A stretch of DNA of 64,000 bases, taken from assembly GCA_036172245.1 (NCBI GenBank), contig JAYWIR010000062.1:1-64000 (forward strand), written 5' to 3'. The stretch comes from Raillietiella orientalis. Lineage: Eukaryota. Position numbers and translations under genes: made by a program. The notes under the pieces are model-generated. The model was given only the letters and a program-made list of their open reading frames with translations. It did no database searches and was not told where the DNA came from. Of this stretch, positions 11,879 to 23,864 are shown piece after piece (within the stretch, counting starts at the first letter, position 1; each line of letters starts with the position of its first letter).

Positions 11879-13130
11879 GCCGAATCCCCTGTCGAGTGGA
11901 CGTGTTTTTCCTTCGCTCTTCAGTGAGTCGAGAGGAAGCGGTTTTTTCTTCTGTTGTTTTTGGTGTGGAACATCGTTGGTGTCCGATGGCAGCGATGCCT
12001 GAGGACAACACGATGGAGGTAGGTGTGGGGGAGGCTTGCCCACCCCCACAGCCTACAGAATCAGGGGCGTCCACCCCGGAATCGCCCTCGCCGCCCAAGG
12101 CGAGGAGCTGGAGCGCCATGGTGGCCGCGCCGAGCGCGGAAACCGTGTTCGAGATGGCGGCCTACCGGGCAGCTGGGTACAAGCCCAGCTTGGTGTACCA
12201 GGTAGGCCCCTTATTTGACGGAAAAACGGCACGCGCGTTTTCGAAAGCGCTGCAAAACGCCGGAGTAAGAGAAGAAGATCTTGACGGTTTGTTCGTTCTC
12301 AGCGGAGGTCAGCGAGTCCAGGTGGTGTGCAAGGAGATCACCTTTGCTCAAAGTCTGATCACCAACCCGTTGAACGTCGACGGCCACAAGATCTTGCCGG
12401 TGATGATGGACCGCTCCGTGGTGGTCCATCTCACTGGAATCACGAGCCGTAAGACTCGCTCTGCGGTAGCACAAGAACTTCGAAAGTTCGGCGAGGTGCA
12501 CGCGCTGTCGCCTAAGCAAACAATCTTCGAAGGCTTTAATAGCCATTTTGGAGGACAGGCTGCAGCGCGGGTAACCGTGAATAAGGATTGTGGGCTTCCC
12601 CACAAGCTGGAGGTCGCGCAACAGAGCGTGGACCTCTGGTACGTGGGAAAGCCCCGGTATTGAGGCTACTGCGATACCGTAGGACACCTTCGCAAGAGGT
12701 GTCCTAACATCCAATGCCACATGTGCGGGGAGAAGGGCCACGTTCGACGTGTGTGCTCAAAACGCCCCACCTTGGTTACTCCTGCCGCGAAAAAGGCGCA
12801 GTTGAAACGCGCAGTGAAGGTTACAAGACCTGAGGCGGACGCTGGCCTGCAGAAGCTGCCAGATCCTCAACCTCCAAAAGATAAGACGGAGGATAAACCT
12901 TACCAAGAGGCGGAAGGTGAAGAGGGGTGGCAACTTGTAGCAGCCAGAAAAGAGAAAAAAGCTCCTTTAAAGGAGAAGAAAGAGAAGCCGGCCGGTAAGG
13001 CAAAAAAACCCGGGCCGCGTTCGAGAACCTTACGCGAGTGCACGGTGGCATTGGAACGTATCGTCGTTCCTGAAGATGCCACCCGGGGCGATGAGCCCCC
13101 CTCGCCGTTTCCGTCGCGCCCGAAGTTCGC
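11879..13130 (+). mobile_element. Subfamily G 5' part (5' UTR, ORF1), inserted at the GFG site
   Basis: GGACGTG at 11898, MAAMPEDNTMEV start, CCHC knuckles. Closely similar to 32375 onward. Confidence 0.9.
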
Positions 13131-14669
13131 CACGGAAACGGCGTCCCCTTACTCGTCCCTCCCACCCGTCCGTTGACAGGTGCTGCAACACCACGTTCCC
13201 AGCCTCAATGCCGGGAATCGCCTCTTGACGCCGTCTGCGAATTGCCTGTTGGAACGTCAAAGGGCTAAGCGACGACGGCAAGAGACGAGACGTGGCCTCC
13301 ATCCTAGCATCGTTCGACCTGGTGCTGCTGCAAGAGATCCACGTGATCTCCGCAGATCAAGCAACGGAGATCGAGCGTATCTCGGGTGGACGGCTGCTGT
13401 GGCGTGCCGGCACCGTTAAATCTTGCGGTGTCGCGTTCCTGCTTCGTCCAGCTGTCGAGGCTGCGGCAAAAGGCGTACGGTTCGATAGTGCCGGTCGCGT
13501 CGGGCAGTTGACCATCAGGTAGTCCGACTCCATCGATCTGGTCATTACCAACGTGTACGCCCCAAGCGGCAGCGACGCGCTAAGGGAAAAGGCAAGGAGA
13601 GATTTCTTCCTTACCGTGAGGCGCGAATATCTGGACCAAGCGGGAGTGCGCAAATCGCACCTAATTGCAGCTGACTTTAACCTGCGCCTGCTGTCAGGTG
13701 CGTCCGACACACTTCGGGACCGCGTGAACGAGCTGTGCGCAGAGATGCACACGCGCAACTTGTACGCGGGAGATCCGGAAATGGTTGACAGCATAGATCA
13801 CGTGTTTCTTGACCAGCACCTATGCTCACGCGTGGGCAGGCGCGGGAAGTTACCGTCGGAACTGTCGGACCATGACCGGATCGTACTCGAGGTGCGCCCA
13901 CGCGATAGGGGTCCGCCGTCATCTGCGTGGCGCTTACCGGGAGACTATCTGGAACTTCCGGAAGCCGCAGAGCATCTCCGCGGATTCATACGAGGTTTCA
14001 GCTTGCAGACGCTTCAGGACTGGGACCGCTTCAAGCGCTCGGTCCGGAATTTTTGCGACGAGTTCCCTATGAACCTCCAGCCTGCCGGGTTTGGTGAAAG
14101 CGTGCGTGACGAGAGATGGTATTTACCATCTCGATGTTACGCGCGAACACCAGACGTACGCAGGCTAGCCGAATACCATGCGGGAGCCGAGAGGCAGGCG
14201 TGGCAATCCGGGTCGGCCAGCTTACTGGACGACCAGGGTTCGGAGCACTCGGCCCCCGCCCAGGTAAAGGGCTTATTAAAAAAGTTCTACTCCTCCCTGT
14301 ACGCGCGCGCTTTACCGGAACGGGATGTCTCGCGACTTCTTCTTCCGGAAGGCGCTCCGGCGATCGGAAAGGAAGATAGAAAGACCCTCGACGAGGCTTT
14401 CACGATGGGCGAGATCATCTCGGCCATCGGAAAGCTCAAGAGGCGGAAGGCTCCAGGGGAGGATGGCCTGCCAGCGGAATTTTTTCAATGTTTCGCGGCA
14501 GAACTCACTCCTCTGGTGAAGAAACTCACCTTGCTGATTTGCGAAACGGGCGACGTCCCCGCCTCGTTTCGTCCGGCAAAGGTGCGTCTCCTCCCTAAGG
14601 AAGGAGACCTTCGGAGCATGAGCAACTGGCGGCCGATTACCGTGATAAATGCGGACGCCAAGTTGCTGG

Positions 14670-17600
14670 TTGCCACCCGGTCACGCAGGGCGTTTATTAC
14701 AAATTCTCTATGAATCGTGGCACGAGGCCCCACTACGGTCAACTCAGCTGGACCTGCCGGGACAACGGTACACAGACCGGCGCGACTCTCCTCGGCAGCC
14801 GAAGGGGATGGGGGAAAAAACAAAAAGAAAAATAAAACATAAAAAACAAAAAGATTTGGGAGGGTTGGGGAGGGATAACTCACCACTCGGAGGAAGATCC
14901 ATCCTTTGCAGGATGCCCTCGAGGTCCGTCCGTATAATTCCCAGGTGGGGCCATCTGGTCGCAATCCGCAGGTAGCGGACTGCCAGTACGACGGCATCCC
15001 TGTCGTGGCTCGGTCTTCTGACGTTGCTCCAGCACGTCACAATTTCGCGTACGCAGAAAAGTGCAGCCAGGGTAGCGGCTGGACGCAGGGCATCCTGCAC
15101 GAACAGAATCCGAAAAACGTCTCTGGGCTGGCTGCCCTCCTCGATCCGTAGAGAGGCACGAAGACGTTCCCACAGGGGTCGGAGGGCAGCACAATCAACA
15201 AGGAGGTGGGGGAGGGTTTCCCGTTCCCCACACCTGATGCAGGTAGGATCTACTCGACCCCTGGTCCAGTGGTGGCGGCGTGCGTTGCAGGGTAGACCCC
15301 AATGCAACAACAGAAGCGCCAACTCCTGCCACTTTAGGGGGAGGATCCTAGAACCAATTCATACCGGGGGCCACTTCAGGTCATCCGGCTGGATGCTAAG
15401 TAGCTCGCCCATCTCTGAAGTCCTCTCGGCTGGACACTAGGGGTAGTAACGTCCGCCAGTTCTTCCGTGTACCAGCCGCTTATCAACTTCTCCTTGCCTG
15501 CGATGCGGCAGGAGACTTGCCACCTAGGCTTGCGGCTGCTGGAGAGCGCCCTCCTCAGGAAGGGCATCGCCGTAGCTAGGGGGGTTGTCTCTGCCCACGT
15601 GCTTCTCGCGGTACACTGGAGTATCTTCCGCAGAGTGCAGCGGGAATAAGCGCCGCGTCGCAGGCAGTTCCACATTTCTTCATTCTTTTCATTAGTCTTC
15701 GCCCACGTGCCAGCTGTCTCTTTCAGCCATGCGGAGGAGTTGGCGGGGCTGCATACCATCCAGCCGTTTTCCTTAGCCAGGGTTGCCATGCGCCCCAGGA
15801 GAAGTCCGCATCTCTTGATCTTCCTGCCACGGCACAGAAGATAAGACGCAAGACCCTACGTCCCGGATACACGGCTGGCAAGGAGTAGAGCCGGAACGCA
15901 CCAAGGGGTGATCCATAACTTCGCTGCGATGGCGAGTGTTCGCCACCGCAGCTGACTCTCTACTCGCTCCATCGTCAAGATGCCGAGCCCGCCATCCCGA
16001 CGTGGAGCACACAAGTCCTTCAACGGGACTCGGGGCCTCCCTCTTCCCCAAAGGGCAATTCTCAGGAGGTTCTTCGTTCGTTTTTTCAACTCTCTGGGGA
16101 CAAGGCAAACAAAAAGCAGGGTGCTGAGGATAGGAGCCGCGAACGCGTTTCATACCGCGCCCCGTTCCGGAAGGAGAAACTTGTCTTCCAGGAACGGGCC
16201 GATCGCCGTTTCCACTTTTTGGAGGCAACCGGACCACGCTTCTGCAAGGGAGTAGTCCCCCAACGGCACACCAAGGTACTTCAAGCACCTAGCCGTGGGG
16301 ATCCTCAAGCGGACCCAGTCCTGCTGCTCAGCCCACGCCGCACCGACTGGAACCACCGTCGACTTCGCCCTGTTCACCGTAAGTCCGGTCCCGCGGCTAA
16401 GCAGATCGAAGAAATCCACGATCGCCTTCGCCGGGGTGGACATCGGCAACAGAAGCAAAAGATCGTCGGCGTACGCTGCTACGGCGGGCGTGCCGGGGCA
16501 CGAGCTCGGCAAGGGGGCCAAAGTCACCCTGTACGCTCTCAGCACCAACTCAAAGTAAATGCTAAAGAGCAGGGGCCTGAGGCTGTCGCCCTGCCGTATG
16601 CCCCGCCGTACCTGCACGCCGTACGCCATTTGACCTCTGAAAGAGATATTGATCAGCGCGCTGCGCCAGCAAGGGCGCAGGTAAGTCAGTAGGGAGGGAG
16701 GGAAGCCCATGCGTCCCAGGAGCTCCAGCAGAAGATCCTGGTCCACGCATTCAAACGCTTTATCCAGATCGATTGCTATCGTTAGGGCCCCCTTCCCCAC
16801 CTGGAAGTCCTCTCCCTGCCCGGCTGACGCTTCCAAAGCGGGGCTGCCAATCGTTCCGTCCTTAATTTCTCGACTACTCTGCACATGAAACCATTTGCTC
16901 GCGAAGAAGAGGTTGGCCTCCATACTTCGCCCGGGAACAGCGTAAGTCTGCTCCGGGCTAATTATGGAATTGGCCACCTGCCCCAGACGCGAAGCCCACA
17001 GTCCGGCGAACAGCTTGGCGTTCGTATTCACAATTGAGATCGGACGCCAGTTGCTGAGTTTCCTGAGGTCTCCTCCTTTCGGAAGGAGCCTCACTCTGGC
17101 TGACCGAAACGAGGCGGGTACATCGCCTTCATCTCGGATCAGCCTTGTCAACTCAAGCACCAGGGGTGCCAACTCTGCCGCGAACCATTGAAAAAACTCC
17201 GCGGGCAGGCCGTCCTCCCCTGGTACTTTCCGTTTCTTGAGCCTTTTGATACCGGCGAGAAATTCGCCGGTGGTAAAAGGCTCGTCGAGGCTTTCCTTCT
17301 TCTCCTCTCCTATTGCCGGGGCACCGTCCGCAAGCAAGCGCCGAGAGGCATCTTGGTCCGGGGGCGCCCTGGCGTAAAGGGAGGAATAATAACGCCGCAC
17401 GAGGTGTGTATTCTAGCCGGAGCCGAGTGCTCCCGGCCCTGGTCGTCCAGCAAGCTGACCGATCCGGATTTCCAGGCTTGACGTTCGGCCCCGGCTCGGT
17501 ACTCTGCCAGGCGACGGACATTTGGGGTCCTCTTGTAACGGCGGGCATACAAGTACGCTCGTTCGTAACGGATACTCTCCCCGAATCCACGGGGCACGAG

Positions 17601-20516
17601 GTGCAAGGGGAACTCCTCGCAAAACTCGCGGACAGAAGCCTTTAAAAGGTCCCAATCAGCGAGATTGCGAAGGGTGACGCCTCTCAAGAATTCGCGAAGG
17701 TGTTCCTTCGCAACTGAGAGTCGCGTCCAGTCCCCAGGCAGACGCCACGCCCTGGATGGGGGGCCCTTGTCGCGCGGGCACACCTCGAATATCAACCGAA
17801 AATGGTCAGACAGCTCCGACGCAACTTTCCTCCGTTTGCCGAGCCGAGAACACAGGTCGACATCCAGGAAGACGTGGTCGATGCTCCTGACCATTTCCGA
17901 AAGATCCCCTAACAAGTTGCGCGTGCGCATGACGGCGCACAACTCGTTAGCCATCCGTTCCTGTGCGTGTGGCTCACCTGATAGCAGGCGGAGATTAAAG
18001 TCTTCCGCTATCAGGTGAGCCACGCGCACGTTCGCTTCCACCAGCCAGTCGCGCTTCAGGGTTTACAGGACCGCCTCACGTTCCTGGTACCTGGTAGGAC
18101 CGCTCGGAGTGTACACATTTGTTTCGACGAGGTCGATCGTGTCGGACCACTTCAGAATCAGCTGGCCGACACTTCCTGCTTCGTCGAAGCTCACACCCTT
18201 CACGGCTGCGTCGACTGCCGGCTTCATAAAAAACGCGACGCCGCAGGTGTATCGCGTGCGCATTGCCACATTAGACGCCCCCCTGCGATCTTTTCGATCT
18301 CCTGGGCGTTCTCCGCGGTGATCACGTGGATCTCCTGCAGGAGCGCCAGGTCGAAGTCACGCAGGGTGGCGGCCGTGTCCCGTCTGTTGCCGTCGTCGCG
18401 CAGCCCGTAAACGTTCCAGCAGGCCACGCGTAATGGACGGCGACACGCGAGCCCAGATGTTACTCCTGGGAAAGTGACAATGGGGCGCCGCCAACTGGTC
18501 GGGCGGGACGGAGGGAGGAATGGGATCACTGTTCACCGGTACTCCCTCCTCAATGGGGGCTGATTCCTCGGCGGACCGCAACGTTGAAGGAGGCGGGTTT
18601 CACGCACGTGCTCCCCCTCTTCCATGGGGGCCGATTCGTCGACTGCGCTGGACGGCAGGGGGGAGCAGTTGTCAGCTGTCTGCTCCCTCTCCTCCTTGGC
18701 TATCTCCTGAACAGGTTCCACCGTTGGGAGGGGGCGGCAATCACTCACCTTATCCCCCTCCTCCATGGGGGTCGCCAGCTGCTCGGTAGCGGAGGGTGGG
18801 AAAATCCCTCCCTCCGTTCCCACGCTGCTGGCTTCCCCCTCGGTTGCCGGTGCGTCCCCCTCCTTCTTTGTCGGGATGCGCCTCTTGGGATTTTTGGACT
18901 TCCGTCCAGTCTTCTTCGGAGGCGCCTCCCCGGAAGACGCACTTCCGGCATCCGGTTCGTGGTCACCTGTCGGAGGGGCCTTGCTCGCGGCCGGCCTTCG
19001 CAAGGCCTTTCGCGCTCCGTTCTCACGCTCCGCGAGTTGGGCCGCGAGCTCTTCCGCCGCCTGCTGGAAGGCGGCGTCCTCGATTACGGCGAGCGCGTCG
19101 CTCGGTTCCCCCTCTGTTTGCACAGAGGGTTCGCCTTTCTCGATCGCGGCTTCGGCGTCAACGAGGCGGGAGATATCTCCCCCGGTGGAGGTCTCGGGGA
19201 TCTCCACGCGCTCCAAAGCGACCGAACATTCGCGGAGCAAAGCGCGGCGTTGCCTTCTATTTAGAGAAGTTGTCGCAAGTTGCGCTGTCGGTTCTTCGGT
19301 TTTTCGGCTTTTTTTACTTTTCGGGTTCGCTGTCCGCCAGTCCTCGTTGTCACCAGCGTCGTCGGGAGTTTTCTCGACCGCCGTTTGCTGGGAGCTTTCG
19401 GACTCTGGCTTTTTGCTTGGCCTTTCCTCGGCTTCAGTGGTCTTGCTTGTTTTCTCCAAGCGTTTTCTCTTACCTTTTTTCAAGGCACAGGGCGCTGGAG
19501 GTTCCCGCTTTGAGCACACTTTTCGGAGGTGGCCCTTCTCCTCGCAGTGAAAACACTGGATGTGAGGGCACCGTTTTTTCAGGTGCCCTGTTGCATCACA
19601 GTGCCTACAGTACTTGGGCTTGCCCACGTACCAGACGTCGACGACCTCGTTGCCGACGTCGAGTTTGTGGGGCAGCCCACCGTTTTCATGGACGGTCACA
19701 CGCGCTGCAGTCATGCCACTGAACAGTCTTCCGTAAGTTTGGAAGAAGTTGGGCTTGGTCCAGAGCGCGTGCACCGTACCATGTTTCTGCAACTCTTCCT
19801 GCACGCCAGCTTTTGTCATGCGCAGAGTTACACCGGTAAGGTGGGCAACAATGGAGCGGTCCTCCGTTACAGGGAAGACCTTCCGGCCTTCAAGAGTGAT
19901 GGGAGTGTTCAGCAGGCGTTGATTCAGACTTGCATTTTCGCAAGTCAGCTCCACCCGCTGGCCCTTACTCATCACGGAGAGACCTTCCAGATCTTCCTCA
20001 TTGACCTCCAACCGCTGTAACTCTCTTTCAAAGTAACCAGCGGTGTTCCCCACAAACAGGTTTCCTACCTTGTAAATCAAGGACGGCTTGTATCCTTGTT
20101 CCAGGTAGGCCCGTTGTTCTGCTAAGGCAGCAGGAGATGGCGCTGCAGCCACGGAGCTTCAGGACTTCGTGAATGGAGCAGGTGGATCCAAGGACGCGGT
20201 TGCTCCCTTTTTCAAGGACGCGGTTGCGCCCTTTTGCACGAGGACGGTTGCTCCCTTTTTCAAGGTGGCGGTAGCCCTCGTTTCCATAGAGGCGGTTGCC
20301 CCCTTTTTCAAGGAAGTGGTTGCCCTCTCCTCCGTGGGGGCGGTTGCCCCCACCTCAATAGGTTGGGGAGAGGAACAATCCTCTCCCCCGCCGACTTCCA
20401 TCGCGGTGTCCTCAGGCATTTCTGCCATTGGACACCGCAGATGCTCCACACACAAACACTAACGAAAAGGAACGCTTTACAAAAGGCGCAGAGAAGCGCG
20501 GAAAAAAAACGTCCGC
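14670..20516 (-). mobile_element. Full-length subfamily A Tx1-like element (5.85 kb), frameshifted
   Basis: Perfect 15-bp TSD acgccaagttgctgg (14655-14669 and 20517-20531). ORF1 ~20428-18460, ORF2 with EN, RT (AYADDL) and zinc finger, 3' AATAAA-hairpin. Confidence 0.95.
20189..20350 (-). repeat. 24-bp tandem repeat (~6 degenerate units) in A ORF1 N-terminus
   Basis: Unit approximately aaggacgcggttgctccctttttc, encoding KKGATASL-like octapeptides. Confidence 0.8.
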
Positions 20517-22853
20517 ACGCCAAGTTGCTGGCGAAATTGTGGGCTGAACGCCTGGGGCGGTTAGCGGAAAGCTTCATTAGCCCGGAGCAGACATATGCTG
20601 TTCCCGGGCGGAGCATGGATACTAACCTGTTCCTCGCCTGCACCTTTTCCCGGCTCCAACAGGAAAGGGTCAGGATGGGCAACCTGACTTCCGGAATGTC
20701 CACCGCTAGGAAACGGGATGGTTGGGGAGGGGAGGGAGCCCTCGCAGTCGCAGTCGATTTGCATAAAGCATTCGACTGTGTCGACCAGAGGCTCCTCCTG
20801 GAGCTCCTGGAACGCTTGGGCTTCCCTGTCTCTTTGCTGACCTACCTGCGATCCTGCTGGCGCCACGCGCTCATCCAGATTCTTTTTCAGTGGACACACC
20901 GTGCACGGCGTACCGGTGCGACGCGGCATACGGCAGGGAGACAGCCTGAGTCCCTTGCTCTTCAGTACCTACTTGCAGTTTGTACTGAGAGCGTACACGG
21001 AAACTCTAGCGCACCTGCCGCGCGACTATCCCGGTACGCCCGCGGTGTCAGCATATGCGGACGACCTACTGCTGCTGCTCCCTATGTCCACCCCGGCATC
21101 GGCGGTCGAGGAGTTCTTCGACCTGCTAAGTCGGGGAATCGGGCTTGAGGTGAACAGCGCGAAGTCGTCCGTCATGCCAATCGGTGCGGCGTGGGCAGGG
21201 CAGCCGGACTGGGTCCGTTTAAGGATCCCCACGCTACGGTACTTCAAGTACCTCGGTGTACCGATGGGTGATTATCTCCCTTCGGATGCGTGGTCCAGCT
21301 GCCTTCAAAAGGTAGAGACGGCGATCTACCCGTTCCAAGGCCGCAGGTGTTTCCTGCCGGAACGGGCCGCGGTGTGGAACGCATTCGCGGCGCCCCTCCT
21401 CCGTTCCCTGCTTTTTGTTTGTCCTCCCACCACAGAGACTAAAAAGCGGACGAAGGACCTCCTAAGGATTGCCCTGTGGGGTAATGGGAGGGCCCGAGTC
21501 CGGCTGGATGACTTGAGCGCTCTGCATCGGGAAGGCGGTCTCGGCTTCCTGACGCTAGAGCGGCTGGAACCCCAGCTTTAGTTTCGGTTAGTCGCCCTAG
21601 TGGCGAAATATTGGAGTAGCAGTTGGTGCGAGCCCGCACGTCTCCTCGTCGAGCAGGCCACAGGCAAGGTGGGACTGTCATCCTTTCTAGCGCTCCGTCG
21701 GCGCCGCCAAGTCGGTCACTGTGGGTTGCAGCTACGGAGAGTGGCTGACCTGATGAGGAAGAACGCAGGATGGCTCTGCTGTCGCCCCGTTAACGGACCT
21801 GCATAGCTGCAGGAAACGGTTCAGACGTGGGCGAGGAGCAACCAGCAACGCATCCAAGAAGGGCAGAGACAATTCTTCGCTCGTAATGACCGCCTGACGC
21901 TCCGGGAGGTCCTTGAGAACCCCCAAAAACGAGCGTGGGCAAGAAAAACTCCCCTCGCTGCAATGCTGTTTCCGTTCGCGGAACATTTAAACGGCAACAC
22001 TGCTGCGAAATGGGATGTTTTCGTCAAAATCTCCGGTACAGAGAAAAAGATCGGGGAATGTAAAATGGGAATTCTCTGCGATACCGCGGCCCGGACTACC
22101 ACCCCTATTGGACTTTTGCGCTGGGACGAGCTGCTAAATGTTCCGCGGGAACACTTCAAGTGGCCTTCGTTGCTGATGAACACCTCCACCCTCCCCTTGA
22201 AATAACAGGAGTCGGCGCTATTGTTGCTGCATTGGGGACTCCCCTGCAACGCCTGCCGGCACCATTGGACCTGGGGAGCGGTAAGCTCTAATTGTGCGAG
22301 GTGTGAAGAACGGGACTCCCTCACTCACCTCCTTTTTGATTGTGTGGCACTTCGGCCCCTTTGGAACCGTTTTGCCGCGGCAATCGGTAACCCTTGTGGC
22401 AACCCCAGAGACGCAATCAGATCCCTCTTCGTTTGCGAAGCCCTTCGGCCCTCGGCCGCGTTAGCAGCTCTGTGCTGCTTTCGCGGGATCGTCGCTGCAT
22501 GGAGCAAAGCAACGGGAGGACCTCGCGATAAGGGTGCCGTCCAGTGCGCAGCCGAATTTATGCGGACGGCGACAGGATGGAACCCTGTGGATTCAAACAT
22601 CCAAAAACAGCTTGCCGTCATGCTGCAAAGGATGTAACGGCCACACAGCAGACTGTGATCCCTTCCCGTGCCCCCCAGATCTTGATTTTATATATTTCTT
22701 TTCTTTGTTTTATTTTTTGTTTTGTCCTTGGCCCCTCTGCTGTCGTGGTGGACCGTGCCGCAATACGAACCGGTGACCAGGCAAGCTTAATTGTGTATAC
22801 CAGTGCGTGGTCGGACCACCTGGTCAGCCACCAACGTTTGTTTTATTCCAAAG

Positions 22854-22881
22854 AATAAACGCCCCGGCGCAACCGGGTGAA
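22854..22881 (+). terminator. Conserved 3' terminus: AATAAA plus CCCGG-loop-CCGGG hairpin (example of ~12 copies)
   Basis: aataaacgccccggcgcaaccgggtgaa. Same architecture at 3594, 7165, 10471, 14670, 23865, 31517, 35532, 46989, 53645, 56991 and 62087. Confidence 0.8.
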
Positions 22882-23864
22882 AATCGAGCTCACTTATGGC
22901 AAAGCCGAGGAGGTACTGGAGAAGATGCTCAGCCGCCTCCGGGTGGCTTAGCCAGTCTGCCGGCATCCTCCAAAAACAGTTTGGAGGCCCCTTGCCTGGC
23001 GGGAGCAACTCGAACTCGAGCCTGTTGTGGTCTGAAAGCACGGACGGCACGGGACCTCTCCGACCCACTCGACAGAGCAAGTGTTCATCAAGGTATACGT
23101 GGTCCGGCGTTGCTGCCATAACAGGGTAGCTAGCAAACAAGTTGTACGCGTGCACGGACGCGCACATTTCTTCCGCTAGCAACTTTTCCCTTTTGTGGGA
23201 TCTATTCTCGGAAAGCAGGTGGACGTTGAAGACCCCCGCAATGAGATGGGCCACAGTAGGGTGAGATCGAGTGAGCCACTGGCTTTGAAGGTTACCGAAG
23301 AACTCAATCCTTTCGGCCCATCGTCCAGCACCGCTCGGCGCGCACACGTTGGTTACGACAAGGTCGATCGAGTCGGACCACTTGAGTACAAGGTGTCCCA
23401 CTCGGACTTCCGTGTCGAAACGAACGCTGCGCACCGCTCCCGCCAAAGTTCCTCGCACGAGGAAAGCGACGCCGCACGTACGTGCAACGCCGCATCTATA
23501 AAGTAGCGTTCCGCCCGCGCGCCGTTCGATTTCGGCAGCCTGCTCTCCGGAGATGCTGTGAATATCCTGCAGGAGCGTCAAGTCGAAGGCGCGCAGAGCG
23601 CGAGCCACTAGTCGCCTCTTCTCCTCGTGTTGGAGCCCGTTGACGTTCCAAGACGTCACGGCAACACGACGAGAAGACGCGATTGCCCTCATCACGGCTG
23701 GGAAAGTGAGGCGAGCATCACGAGGCCGTGGTGCTCGCCTCACCCGGCGAGCGGGCAGAAAGCAGCACGTCGGGCTGGAGGGCGCGGTCGCCACCGGCCT
23801 CAACTGTGCTGCACGTAATCGAGTGCTCCTCCCCGGGTGCAGAACCTGTGGGTTCCGGGGTCAG
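22882..23864 (-). mobile_element. Outer element O, part 3: ORF1 tail and EN up to the DW site
   Basis: TGATG stop/start at 23694-23690, then MRAIASSRRVAVTSWNVNG...SDH...LLGFAISELD. Confidence 0.85.

Larger units (their letters stand above)
13144..22881 (+). mobile_element. Subfamily D ORF2 plus 3' end, split by the A insertion (pieces 13144-14669 and 20517-22881)
   Basis: EN-linker-RT reads NADAKLL at 14648-14669 and resumes DAKLLAKLWAER at 20517. SAYADDL, zinc finger, AATAAA at 22854 plus hairpin. Ends at the DW site of a minus-strand host. Confidence 0.9.

Noticed and set aside
11892..11990. HDV-like ribozyme in 5' UTRs
   Set aside because: Only simple hairpins are visible. I could not build the nested double pseudoknot by eye.
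18584..19722. Long antisense and alternative-frame ORFs (also 8772-9533, 27084-27917, 51530-52561)
   Set aside because: Shadow ORFs of GC-rich retroelement coding sequence with no recognisable motifs.
20189..20350. CRISPR-like array
   Set aside because: Spacerless in-frame 24-bp coding repeat in a eukaryotic ORF1.
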